DNA of 64,000 nt from Amphiscolops sp. MND2022 (lineage: Eukaryota), in assembly GCA_964187785.1 (NCBI GenBank), contig OZ076420.1, positions 47,616,001-47,680,000 on the forward strand. The letters run 5' to 3'. Numbering within the stretch: the first letter of the stretch is position 1; each line of letters starts with the position of its first letter. The notes under the pieces were generated by a model, which saw only the letters and a program-made list of their open reading frames with translations, had not been told where the DNA came from and did no database searches. A program made the position numbers and the translations under genes. Of this stretch, positions 35,345 to 48,600 are shown piece after piece.

Positions 35345-38300
35345 GTTACCATTGATAGAATGCGAGGAGAAAGTGTTACTAATGAAGAAACTCCTGTGAC
35401 CAAAAAAATTTATAACTCAACTACACCGCCGATGAATGAGCTGGCAAACGGAACGTACCAGATATTCAATCTGATACCCAAAACAAGAGCAACATTGTTC
35501 AGGCAGAACAAACTGATACCCAAAGCAAGAGCAACTTTGCTCAGGCAGAACAAACTGAAATTTTTTTAAATTCAAATCTTTATGAGTAGAGAGAACCAAG
35601 AGAGCAAAGTTTATCCACCAAAATGTACCGTTTCTCATGTGTTTGAACATTCAATCGTTACGATGCCATCGCGACGAACTAAAAATTGAATTAGAAACAT
35701 ACAAAAATAAACCTACAATAATAGCCTTAACCGAAACATGGCTAACTAAAAATGACGACCTAGATGATGAATATAACTTGAAACACTATCAACCGATTGA
35801 ATCAAAACCACGCATTAGAGACACACGTGGTGGTGTTGCCTTTTACATCAGAGAACGTTTACAGTACCGAATTATTGATTACCATTGTGACTTAGAATGC
35901 CTAATTCGGAGTGTTAATTTCGGTATTAATAAAACAAAAAACTTTTGCGTCGTATACAGGCCTCACAGCATCAAAACGAGATTTTTCTTGAACGAAATGG
36001 AAAAACTAATAGAATTTTAACGAAGTTTGAGTAATGATACCATTATTTGCGGAGATTTCAACATTGATACTATCGCAAACTCCAAGGATAAATACGATTA
36101 GGAAACATTGCTACTAGCTTTTGATTTCAAATGTCAAAATTTCGAACCAACCAGAGTAACCGCGACATCTTCAACATGCCTTGATCATGTGATTACAAGT
36201 TATCAACTTAAGACAGAAACTATCCAAACAACAATGAGTGATCATTTCACAGTTTTGGAAACAATACCTGGTGTGTTTTTTAACGAACCCGTAATTTCTG
36301 AAGAAAAAATCTACAGACGTGACTTGCGCAGTATCAAAGGTGACAAAGCACTAAATTTCTTGTTTTTACTGAACCAAAAACTTAAAAAACTTGACCAATT
36401 GGATAAACTTGATATTCAAAAAATCACGGAAACTATCATGTTCTGCGTGGACAAATTTGCACTTGAAAAAGAAACCACCAAAACTGAAAAATGCAATGAA
36501 TGGATCACCAATAAAATAAAAAATGAAATTACTAAGAGAAACGAATTATTTCGTGAATGGACTGTTTCATCAAAAAATCAGAGAAACAAGGTTACTGCAA
36601 TGATCGAGAAAGCTAAACGAGAATGTAATTTACAAAAATTGGGAAATAATCCAAACGCAAAGACACTGTACCGAAATCTGAAGAGCCATAAAAGAAAAGA
36701 TCAAAACGCTGAGGTTACTCCAGATTTAAAAACTCTCAACGAATTTTTTACAACAATTGGATCGAAGTTAGCAGACGCGGTTCCTCCTTCTAATAAAGAA
36801 TATTTTGTTCCCAAGTTCGAGAAAACTATGGTCCCAAATTATACAAACCAACATGAAACTTCAAAAATTCTAGCAAAAATGAAAAATAAAAAAAACAGCG
36901 GTCACGATGGCATCAGTAACGAAATCCCTAAATGTTGTTCGCCGGTAATTGAAATTTATCTGACAAATTGCTTCAATAACTGCATTGAAAAACAGTTCTT
37001 CCCGAATAGTTTGAAAATAGCCAAAGTTATACCCCTCTATAAAAAAGGTAATGCCAATGATCCAGGCAACTATCGACCCATCTGTTTACTAAGCTCTCTG
37101 AGCAAGGTGTTCGAAAAATTATTATATAATCGAATGGTTAGTTTTTTCAATAAGAAGGGTCTATTCACTGCAAAACAATATGGTTTTAGATCAAGAAAAT
37201 CCTGTGCACAAGCCATTACTAAAATTACTGATTATATGCGTAGAGAATTGGACCAAAAATCTTCCGGCCAAGTATGTTTCATTGATTTACAAAAAGCATT
37301 TGACTCGCTGAATCATGAAATACTCTTGGAAAAGCTGAAGAACTATGGTTATAGAGGACCAATCCACAACATATTAGCTGATTATCTATCTCAGAGGTTT
37401 CAATATGTGTCAATTAGAAAAACAAATAGTGCTTCGAGAGAAATTCGAACTGGGGTTCCCCAGGGTTCTATTCTGGGTCCCTTTCTATTTCTTGTATTTA
37501 TAAATGATCTGCCAGATGTGTGCCAAAAAAGCGAAATAGCAATTTTTGCTGATGATACGTCGATTGTTGAAGCTGGAAAAACTGATGACGGAAACACTTA
37601 CGGATTGGTTCAGTTACAACAAATTGTCGATAAACACATCCAAATGTGAAAGTATATCTTTTGGTCGTATGTATCAAAGACAAATAACTATCATGGAAAA
37701 AAAGATTTCTCAAAAAAACTGCTGTAAATACTTGGGATTGTACATTGACCCAGTGTTAACTTTTCGGGACCATATTAACCATGTAGTGAATAACCTCAAA
37801 AAACTTTGTGGATTAATTTACAGAGTTAGAGACTTGTATCCAATAAAGGCTTTGCTATCGTTTTACAATTCATATGCGAAATCTGTAATTTCTTACGGTC
37901 TGATAGTTTATGGAAGAGCGGCAAAAACAAACATGCAAAATATTGAAATGGCACAAAGAAGAATTATTAGAGCTATTTTCTTTAAAAAGAAAAGAGATAG
38001 CATCAGGGATATACTTCGTGACACTGAAGTTAATACCGTTTTTGAGTTATTCATTGTGGATGTTTTTCGTGATATTTTTAGTCAACTACGCTCAGATGAA
38101 AAAACGAATCTTATTACAAAGTTAGGACAGTCAAAAAGCACTCCCAGATATGAAACTCGTCGATCAAAAAAAACTTTTCTACCAGTATCTATGAACCGAA
38201 CAAGAACCAAATATAAATCGGTGGAAAATGCATTAATCAAAGGCTATAATTGGTTAATTGAAATGGATTTGATGCCGGCTGGTGTCGGAGAAATGACGCA

Positions 38301-38590
38301 TCGTCAACTTACATCATATCTGAAGATTCTAACACGGTTGTATATAAATGAAAGTACAGATATCGTATCGCATTTTTTCCAATAGGAAGACGTCTTCAAA
38401 TGTTCATCGGAACACAATTAACGAAAGCGATAAACTTGCCTATCTTGGTCCTGTACTTAAGGGCAGAAACTTGAAGAGCTGATTAGGCTCATTTTCTGTC
38501 CTTCTTGAACATTTTCATTTCTTAGCGTTAAAATACTATTAATACTTTGATTGTAATTTCTTATGTTCAAGTTAGTTATGTTCAAGAAAA
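35345..38590 (+). mobile_element. CR1/L2-group non-LTR retrotransposon, 5'-truncated in ORF1
   Basis: ORF1 tail, then APE endonuclease and RT, then a 3' UTR ending in tandem TTATGTTCAAG. End coordinates approximate. Confidence 0.9.
35637..38385 (+). pseudogene. LINE ORF2 (AP endonuclease plus RT), two in-frame stops and one frameshift
   Basis: NIQSL, ALTETWL, GGVAFY, VVYRPH, GDFN, CLDHV, SDH; NYRPICLL, QYGFR, FIDLQKAFD, GVPQGSILGP, FADDT. Stops at 36018-36020 and about 36100; frameshift near 37580. Confidence 0.93.
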
Positions 38591-39619
38591 TTCAACTTTC
38601 GACTTTCGAACAGCCATCAAACATAATTGATGTAAGTTTTCCAGTGAACTAATTAATTCGCTGGAATTTGTTGGATGTGCTGGAATTCTAGCTTAACTAT
38701 GCTGAATAAGATCCAGCATAATTTTGGATCCAGTTTGCTGGAGGCATCCGTGCTCATATTCCAGTTTTGGGATGACGTGCTAGTTAACTGAGGAGTCGTA
38801 AGTGTCACTTTCCTAAAAAAAGTAACCCCTGTGACCCAAAGTTGACCGCCCTGACCGGAAATGCTTCGAAAATTAGTTCAAAACTTGCTTTTTAGAGCCA
38901 ATTCTCTGCACCTTTTCTGAAACCCAATACAAGCTCAGTAACTTGTTTTGCCGATTTTCCGAAAACGGATCATCTTTAGCATCCCCAATCGCCTTCCACG
39001 TTGATCTAGTGTCAATCTTGAAGGCAATCAATTCTGAAAATGAAAAACAAAACATGGGCACAAACTGCAATTTAAGGAATAAGATCGAAACGCAATTCTA
39101 TGACTAAGATCTGAAGAACTAAGATATAAATGTCATTTTTCGTAACTAAGATCTGAAAACGTCCAGCTACGGAATCGTAACTAAGGTCTAAAGTTTAGAT
39201 GTTATTCCCGTTTTTTAGATGTATTCTTAGTTTGGAAAGGATTTAAAGTGTAAAACGTGCCTCGGATATGTCCCCATTTCCTTTAGTGCTTCGGGGCCAC
39301 TTGGGGCCTCTTATTTTCCCATCTTGCGAGGTGGAACCGTAACAAAGACTCTACAGGAACGAAGATCGCGAAGCGATTGTAGTGGTTAATGGTCTTTGCG
39401 ACTGTGACGGAGAGCGTGCATACACCGTTTATGACCCCACACTATTCCTCATACGCTATTGCTGTTTTTAGACATTAGTTACGGTGCATGATTTTAAGAT
39501 CTCAGTTCTTTAGATCTTAGTTAGGATTTCTTTTCGATCTTGTTCATTGGATTTTAGTTATGGTCACCGGATGAAACAGTTTAGTGTTATCGATCTTTAT
39601 GTTTTTTCTTTCGTTTCAT

Positions 39620-40090
39620 CCTTTGGATGCGATACAATTTTCGATCTTCACGTTTTTGAACTATTGACGTTCGCTGTGCATACAAGTCTAAGAAGCCAAC
39701 TGTCCATTATGAAGGCTCTGTATATCCATAAAAGTTCACGCGTTTTTACTCGGAGTGTTTGTTCCGATATGTTCCATGTACCTGAAGTAAGAACAGAATC
39801 CAGTTGCCAATCAATAAGATATCGCGGAACGCGATTATTGACTCATCTACTAAAATCGAAGATGTTACCTCGCCATTATGAATCTATTGGTGAAAATGAG
39901 ACGAAAAGTTTATTTCGAAAGTTTAATATCGAAAAAAAAATCAACTGCGAACGTCTGGGATACGTAGTCTTTTGCTGATGCCCCCTGTGTTTGGAGGGCC
40001 ATCCTCCATTTAGGAATACCTCAAGAGGGTATGTACTGTACACTTCCCCTCTGGTGCTGTGTGTTTATTCAGTGATTTGAATGTTCTTTT
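39620..40090 (+). mobile_element. 3' fragment of a second CR1/L2-group LINE (copy at 53683-54124)
   Basis: TIFDLHVFELL...TRS..MFHVP..RT....SIRYRG..LL, the typical ORF2 C-terminus, followed by a structured 3' UTR. Confidence 0.65.
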
Positions 40091-40119
40091 GTTTGCGTTC
40101 ATTCATATACATACGTATC

Positions 40120-40320
40120 AGAGTACAGGCTTCTTTAGTCGAGAGCAGTGAAATTTCCATCACGCGTCTCTGCGAAAGCTCTCCTTCACACCGCGATCAA
40201 AGAACTGGAAGTTTTTTAGAGCAACGGATCTCATTGGCTCTTCAGATTGGCAATGCGGCCTGTGATCTAGGAACTGTGAGCGACAGAAATGCGTTTGAAG
40301 AAGTTTATTACATACGTCAT
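40120..40320 (+). mobile_element. C-terminal fragment of an RLE-type (CRE-like) non-LTR element (copy at about 54154-54354)
   Basis: DQRTGSFLEQRISLALQIGNAACDLGT matches the recalled L.QRISIAIQRGNA..ILGT motif. Confidence 0.7.
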
Positions 40321-40489
40321 TTTCTTGCTGTTTATTATTGCAGCGTTTTTGAAACTTGTTTTCACTTGTCGACTGGGAAGCTGGAATGAGTAGTTCGTTG
40401 GTTGTTTTCTGTTGTTATTGGTCTACTGGGATAGTGGCTGCTATGGGGTTTCCTCCTTTCGTTGCAGGCCACGGGTGTGTCTTCTCGAC

Positions 40490-42900
40490 CCCCCCCCAAC
40501 AAGATGACTTACATGGAATTTGAATAATGAAGATCCATGATATCTGATAGCAGAATAAACTCAAATTCTTCTACTTCCAAGAACAATGTTTCCTATCTGT
40601 AAACAAGATAATATTTTGCTCCCGGAATCTGAAAATGATGCAAACCAGATTTTGTAGAAGGTCAGCCCCAGTTAGTAGTTTTCATTACAGGAACTACCTC
40701 TTTATCTGGCAGCAGCTGCAGTGCTACCTAGGCTTTGAAGACTACCAGGCATCCGTGATGTTGAATTTTACTTTTTTTCGACAACTCTATCAATAATAAT
40801 CGCAAACTTCATTAGTGCTGTAATAACTTCCGATACTCTTCTGTAGCACTCACAAAGATGGTAATACTTTTGATAATATACATTTCAGCAATGATTTCAG
40901 CGAATGTATCCAGCTTTGTAGTTGATCAAATCTTTTTATTGAACAACCATTTCCTGATGACATTCCAGATTCGTATTCCTGCCTCTTGGGCTGTGTCTCG
41001 AGACTGTCTAACTCCACGTTATTCTTTCCACAATTTGAGAAATAATGTGTCTTTCATGAACTGCTGGTATAATTTAACCTCCTTTGACTATCCCTCTCAG
41101 AATTGTACCAACATCTTTAATGACTCCTTCTGGACTGCAATTGGAATGAATTTCCGAATATTTCGCAAAATTTGCCTTTAATATCCCTGACATTATTCAT
41201 CGCAAACGATGCATCTCATCGACAGAAAAGAAACAATTCGTAAGAAATGCTCTCGTAATCCTACAAGACCGAATCTTACTTTACTCGATAACGTCTCACG
41301 AGACTTGGATCAATCGATTAAGTTGTAAAAAGTTTGCTTTTCAATCAGTCATCCCGTGAATTCGATATCAGACTCGTTGAAACAACTAAATTCTCTGAAT
41401 AGTACAGTATTTCCGCATACGATGTCCTACAAGTCGGAACATCTAACTCGGAAAGAGGATATCAGCAGTGCTTTCAATTCTTGCTTTGCTGAAACCTTTC
41501 AATGATGTACTCTATTTAGTTTCGAAAGAGGTGTCCGCCAAGACAGTAACATTTGACGCAGTTCTTCAGTTTCTCAACGAATCACTAATACTGAACGCCA
41601 TTCAGAGAACTAAATGCTCGTCCGCTGTAACTTCGGACAGTTTCCCAAGTAAAATTCTTCATCTTTGCCTACAAATTTTCGCCAGTATTTTCTTTCCACT
41701 ATTCTCATCAATCATTTTATTATGCTCATTTTCTCCTATGTTGAAGATTTCATATATACATTCGCTGTTCAAGTCTGGAGTCAAAAATGATGAAACCAAC
41801 AATAGGCCTATAAGCTTGTTACCAAAAGTTTCGTGATTAATTGAAAGACTTCTCTAACTTTCCTTATGAGAAAATCAGACAATAAATCATTCCAAGTCAA
41901 TTTGGTTTCAGTCACGTAAGAGTGCAGTATTCCAGCTGCTTGATTTCATTGAAACTATCAAGTTTGAAAAGTTCGAACAACGGTACATTCTAGATCTTTT
42001 ACCACAGCATTCGATGAAGTTCCTCTGAACGTTCTGATATAGAAGCTTTCCAGGTTTGGACTTGATGATGAATTCCTGAATATTCTCAATTCCTATGTCA
42101 ATGACCGACAGCAGCTTGAAAATTTCTGTGACTACTTGTCAAACACCATTCGTGTTATAAGTAGTGGCCCTCAAGGGTCAGTATTGGCTCCGCTGCTATT
42201 TTTATTTTTTGTCAACGATTTGCCAGCCATATTCCTTGACTCTTTACCCTGGCTTTTTCCAGACGATTTGAAGCTGCTCTTTCGTTCTCTCGACGTTAAT
42301 AATGACATCGCTAGACTCGCTTTCTGGAACCTCTTAAACGGTTTGATTGTAAGTGTAGAAACATGTAGTTACATTTAATCTCAAATGGACCAATTTTATC
42401 AACTATGAAAAAAACAAAGCAAGAAGAGCCTTCTTCCTTCTGAAATCAACTATTCCGTAGCCCATCGAATGTCAAATACAACCTTTACCTAAGAACAGTC
42501 CTTTCCGTCATCATTTATGGTTCGCAAATTTGGCCTGCAGATGCGCAGATGCTGAGAATATTGGAGAACTTTCAGAAGTTTTGTTTCCATTGGGTTCTTG
42601 GCTGTAGGTTGACCTATTCCGGAACTCTAAACAATTTCCTCTGACATTCCATATCCAGCTGAGACTATTTTGCATGTTTTTAGACACTCTTTCGAACAAA
42701 TACATCTTCAATCAAAGTGAATATGTCCAGATTAAACTTCCACCCAGGGAAAATAAGAGATGGAAATGTATCAAACCAATAAAGTCTCTGCGTAGCTCAA
42801 CAGCAGACGACTCGTTCTTCTCAAGATCTGCTAATATGTACAATTGATTATCTACATCGACACTCGATAATTGAGCACAATGATACTAAAATTAGGTAAA
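40490..42900 (+). pseudogene. Heavily decayed L2/CR1-group LINE ORF2 (copy at about 54530-56930)
   Basis: LFKSGVKNDETNNRPISLLPK, QFGFQSRKSAVFQLLDF, PQGSVLAPLLFLFFVNDLP, FPDDLKL. Many stops. Ends approximate. Confidence 0.8.
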
Positions 42901-43236
42901 AATGCCAGAAATTTTTGAAAACTAAACCGTTCGATATCCACATTATGTGCACTTTCATCTGTTGTTCATGTAATAAATGTAAATGTACTCTCAATATTAT
43001 CTGACTTTGCTCTCCATAATGTCAGCAGACAAGTCTATCCATTTTGTATCCAAGTCTATCCATTTGATAGTATCACGTGTCGTGCGCGATGTCTCAATCC
43101 ACTGACAAGAACGCATTATTTCATTTGTTGTTAATGTAGCAAACGTACATTCAGCATTATCTGACTTAGCTTTCTATCGTTTGTTTTGTTGAGTATTAAT
43201 TGAATTGGATTTTCTAGTGAGAAATGAGTCTTCTCC

Positions 43237-43258
43237 CTCTCTCTCTCTCTCTCTCTCT
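43237..43258. repeat. (CT)11 microsatellite
   Basis: Counted directly. Confidence 0.95.
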
Positions 43259-43495
43259 TTGTTATAGACTTAAAAAACCAGCGAAAGAACGCTTTTCTTT
43301 AGATTTTATGACGCTGAACCAAAAATTGTTTACGCTTGCAAAAGTTCAAACGTCATTTCGTCTTTTCAAAACACTTCGCTTTTAACCCTGAGCTTGTTCA
43401 TTACATCGTTGCCAAGCACGTCAGCCGTCATGACCAGTTTCATTCAGCGTTTCATGAATTAAATCTTCTTCGTCAAAGTATATTTATATACTGAT

Positions 43496-44476
43496 TGTCA
43501 CAGCCTCAGCTAAGCTGGGAGTACTGCCACGCGCTAAGCTCAGTCTATGGAGAGAAAAATGGGAGTAGAAGAAGAAATGAGAGTAGAAGAAGTAAGTGGA
43601 AGCAACCGAAGAAACAATACCTAAAACAATCAACATACAACTGTTTTGTGCTATATGTTATTATTAATCTACAATAACGGCGCTGAAACAATATAATAAT
43701 CAAATGGAAATACATACCAAAATTTATATAACTAATTACAATTATATGCAAACATACATATAGTGTTTCAACCAGTATGAAGGTTTTGCGCAGTTCTTAG
43801 TATCTAATACAGTGCTATATATCTAATAACAATTGAATGATGGGGCCTAGCAAGCGGCCTGAGGAATAGAATGGCAGAACCGCGGCCTGGCAACCGGCTT
43901 CGAATGTGAGAAGCGAAGCGCCGGCCTGGCGGGTGGCCTGAGATTGAAATGTGCTGTGCGCTATTCTCTGAGAATAAACACGTTACTGTTAAGTACATGT
44001 AAACCTGTTAATGTGTTAGATGGATAAATGAAAGAATGCTATCCATGTAATTGTGCGAAATAACTCAACATTCGTGATGATTGTACAAATGTTATGTACT
44101 GCGGCCCAGGACGCGGCGTGGGATGAAAGTTAAAGTCCATTGTAGAAACGGAAATTACTCATGATTCCGAATGATGGTTGTTGATTGCATGTAATATATA
44201 ACACTATCTTTCATGTAAACTATGTTTGAAATAATGAATGCTACTACTAGTTATCTACTATATAAGGAGGGTTGTTCAGTCTCCCAGCTGAACAATTCAA
44301 AACTCAGCACAAATAGCGTGAGCAGATTTTACAAATCAGTCGTACTGCAAATTGACTGACATTCAGATCGCTACTAATATACAATGAAAAATACAACCTT
44401 GAACGAACAAACAAATGAAGGTATCTTTATTCTTGACCACAATCAACTAGACCAATCGAGCTAAAGGCCCAGTACA
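43496..44476 (+). mobile_element. Probable LTR with a downstream partial second copy at 44850-44999 (duplicate at 57533-58513)
   Basis: Starts TGTCA and ends AGTACA, with TATATAAGG near 44260. 43496-43533 repeats at 44850-44887 and 44161-44241 repeats at 44919-44999. No PBS or TSD seen. Confidence 0.45.
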
Positions 44477-45618
44477 CCGCCGCCAAAACACCTATTAATC
44501 AATCCACCGCCAACAGTCATTATTTACGTGTTTGTGAAGACGGCAAACCAACACGTGGTCCTAGTCCACGAACGGCAACCTATTAACGCCATCAATGTGG
44601 AAGACGATCAAGGCACAATAGGACGCTTCACGCAAGATAATCCAGTCATCCCCGACGATGTTTTTCTAGGCCCTATTAGCAACTGCAGCAGTTCAGAAGG
44701 ATACTGTTCGGGCAGTGACTGGGACACCGATTCAACTTGGTGGTCCTACAACTCGATGCGGGATGACCTGCCGACCCTATTTGTCACACCCATTCGATCT
44801 ATCTCCCAATTCGTTCTCACAGATGAGACTGAGCACAGAAGCCAAGGACTGTCACAGCCCCAGCTAAGCTGTGAGTACTGCCACGCGTTTTCCCTAATGA
44901 ATCTAAGGGTAAATATCCATGATTACGAATGATGGCTGTCGATTGCATGTAATTTATAACTCTATCTTTCATGTATATTATGTTTGAAATATTGAATGCC
45001 CTTGATCGCCGCTTGAGGCCAGGATTTTGACCACCCGGCACTTTTTGACGTTTTTTACTCTAAAATTCCGGTGTTTCGAACAAATCATAATTTTGCACAG
45101 TATTTTGAAGATTGCTAGATTGAATCGACAGACATTTTGTCCTCTGTAAATTTTGTTTGTCATCATTTTATTGCTTATTGTTCTTTCATCAGCTGTAATG
45201 TGATGATTCATCTCTTCACTTTCATTGCCAAGTTCAGCTTAAAGGCAGGAATTGGAGGTGAAGGGAAGCGGAGCCGCAACTCAGACAGGAAGCGGAAGCT
45301 TGCTCTCCTTGGAAAGCATGAACAAATTGAGGGTGTGAGTTCAACAAAGCGGAACCTAACTTCCGGTTTCCCCGCTTTAGAAGGATGCGGCGCTGAACGA
45401 GGCGTGAAGGTTGTGTGCAATTTCCCCCGCTCTTGTGAGTGGAAAGTATAAAAAGTTGAGATTTTGAGATTGATTTCAGTTAATAATTTTGCAAAATTTT
45501 AACCTTTTGATCCGTTATTGATAATATAAAAAACCTTACAAACTTCAAGTTTTCTTCACTACATTGTAGAAATTTCCAAGCTAAATTTTCCTGCCTAAGA
45601 CAGTTCTGTAAAACTAAA

Positions 45619-48600
45619 ATGCCTGAAAAATCATCCAAGAGGAAAGCCAGGAGATATTCTCCAACTAATTTGCTAGATGAACCTGAGGCTGCAAGTTTGA
45701 GGACCGAGAACGTTCCGAGCGTTTCTGACAAAGATTTTTCCGAGATCTCTGAAAAAGTTGAGAAATCTGTCAGCAGGAGAAAACAAGAAATTGAAACCAA
45801 TCGAAGCGATTCTAAAATTGATAAAAAAACTTATCTTCCAAAATCGACACACTATCTGGTAAAACACCTTGGACTACTGTTTCGGAAACGAACGAAACCA
45901 TTCCTGAAAACATGGTTTTAACCTCTAGATCGATAGAATAAAATGAAATGACCGAAGCTGGAGGTCACTACATAGTGACAGGAGTAACTGAACCCCACAA
46001 CACACCTACAGTATCGTCAAGTTTGCCACCTCCCAACCAGAAGTACCCAGAGACATAGTGGAGAAACTACTGGAGTACCTCAAAAATGTCACCCAACAAA
46101 ATCTAGGACCTCCTAGATTACCAAAAGCCTTGTCGCCAACAATGCCATCTTTCGATGGACGCAATGATAAAATTGAGCACTTCGAAGACATCTTCACAAC
46201 GAATTTTAAGGTGTATTCAAATATCTCGGAAGAAGATCAGATACACTACTTCCATTCCTTTCTCAGAGGCGATACCTTGCAAACGTACCGAAAAATGACG
46301 GACACAAACCGTGCCAGTCTCGAAGATATCATCACTACATTTCACCGCAGATACGTCCGCCCCAACCTGTGGCAACAGCTCGATGTAATTGGGAACAACT
46401 TCATTTCGACCCTTCCCACCAAAAATACCAAAATTTTATGGAACAACGTCAAAAACATGCCCAAGAGGGGTATAGGGACGATGCACCAAAATACGTCGAA
46501 GCCTCATTTTATGCCACAACGCCGCCACACCTCCAGAGAGCCTAAATCAGCTCGGCTGGAAACTGAGTCCTATGAAACCATGGTCCAGCACCTGGAACGT
46601 GGAATGGATCTGAACGGCCTGTCAGCTTCCATCGACAGCAGCTTTACCGGGGTACACCAAGTCAAGGTACTGGGCCCACAACAAACACAAAATGCACCCA
46701 AGCCGGCGGGACTATGTTACGGATGTGGACATCCTGGTCACGTCATCAAAACTTACACGAAAAGGGCCTGAGAAGCAAATCAAGGAAAGGGGGCCCAAAT
46801 GGGCTACCAATCACCAGTTCCCACGGCAGTACAACCTCAAATCCAAACTCTCAAGATCAAACCCAGCAAAAAAACTAGTTCCGCCACATCTTCAGTTTGG
46901 GGAGATTGTTGGAACCCGACAAGGTACAACATCGGAACCCCCAAATACATACGACCAAGAACTACTTGACGAGTGCCATGATCAACCATCTCTCGACTGG
47001 CAGCGAAGATGGCAGATCCATGATCTCCCCGACATAATCGACAAACAACTACTAAACCAAATTTTCTGCAATGGTACATCGAAAACCCAACCTACTACAA
47101 TACTACCAAACAACGCCTACCAGTAAGTACCTTCCCTGAAAGCTACATACATGATCCGGACTATAACTGCGACCTATACTACACCGCCAAAATCTACGAC
47201 AGAAAACTCCTTACCTCTAAACAACAGAATATTACGCCATTCGAGGAGTACATTAGGAAAACAGGCATGAATATTTCAACAAAACCCCGGCATCAACCAA
47301 AACACATCCAACCAGTCCCTGAATACGATCAAGATGACGAAGGTGTTACTGAAATTTTAGCGGACCACACAAACCAAACAAAATCAATCCTAAAAATCAA
47401 AGGATCAACTCCTATCATTACACTCTCGCCAACCAAATACCAAATACCAAACACTATCAGGTCGGTAACCTCAGATCATCAGCAACGGAAATCGAACCCG
47501 ACTTTCACTCAATCGAAAACGAAACCAGCGGGCCCACGACTGAAGCCGTGGACCCGGCCCACATGCAAAGGACCACGGAAACAACCATCTCCAAACCGCC
47601 AACAAGGAGACTCGAAAAATCTCTGCTTTTGCAACCCCTCTCCTCCGAAGAGACGCTAGTCTCCACCTCCTCTCACGATAGTCAGTCAGGAATTGAAGTC
47701 AAGGACCCTCGACCGATAACGATTGACGCACCCAACATGCAATCTGAACCCCCCTCAGGTGATGTAAACAACACACCAACCCAGGACGAACCCCAGTCCT
47801 ATCTCATAGACAAGATTGCAGAATACCTCACCCGAGACCTTATAACCAAAGAAACGTGCATTCCAATTTTCTCAGCATTTACCCTCAAGAAAAAGAAGAA
47901 AATGCTTTTTGCCGCCACGGATTTCCACGAACTCACCCTAGATGCACTCATCAATTCAGGCGCCTTCGTCAACTGCCTGTCAGAAACAGACTACGCCACA
48001 ATACAGCAGATGTCACTCCAAAAAAATGGAGCCATCCCGTTCAAACTTCAAGTCGCAAATGGCGACATTGAAACACCGACCAAAACAATATCGATCCAGT
48101 TTGAAATAGGAGACTGGAACTTCAAAGAAACGTTCATTGTCGCTAAGAGAATCACTGGACCCATACTGGGCATCACTTTTCTCAAAAACAACAGCGCCAT
48201 TCTCGATGTGAGTCAGGGGTTAGTAAACTTTCCTCGCTTCAAATACTTTATCGAAACCGACGAGAATACCCGAAACAAAAAGCTATAGAAGGTCCAAACC
48301 AAAACCCTTACCGCCCAAGACAACCCAAGCATATACTGTTCATGCTGATGTTTCATCGACCATCGACACAACCGGTGGCATCAGCCCAGCTACAAACCAC
48401 TGCAGCGGTGACCCCCTAGTTGTTGCAAGTTCATTTTCTCCAGCATCGAGATGAAAAATTGAAGTCAGGGTGACCAATACCACACCAACACCCTACATCA
48501 TCAAAGAGAACACGACAGTTGCAGAAATCAAAATGATGTCCCCCGAAAAAGCAAAAGAGCTCAGGCCGCAAAACACGGCGGCTCCAAAAGTACTGTCAAA

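Larger units (their letters stand above)
34510..38752 (-). mobile_element. hAT-superfamily DNA transposon (internally deleted), interrupted by a LINE
   Basis: Termini CAGGGATGC (34510) and GCATCCGTG (ends 38752), 8/9 inverted match. GGATCC/GATCC subterminal motifs at both ends. 8-bp TSD CCCATAAT versus CTCATATT (6/8). Confidence 0.75.

Noticed and set aside
46058-48288. Functional Gag and protease in either 14-kb copy
   Set aside because: Frameshifts, knuckle C to Y and catalytic D to N changes are shared by both copies.
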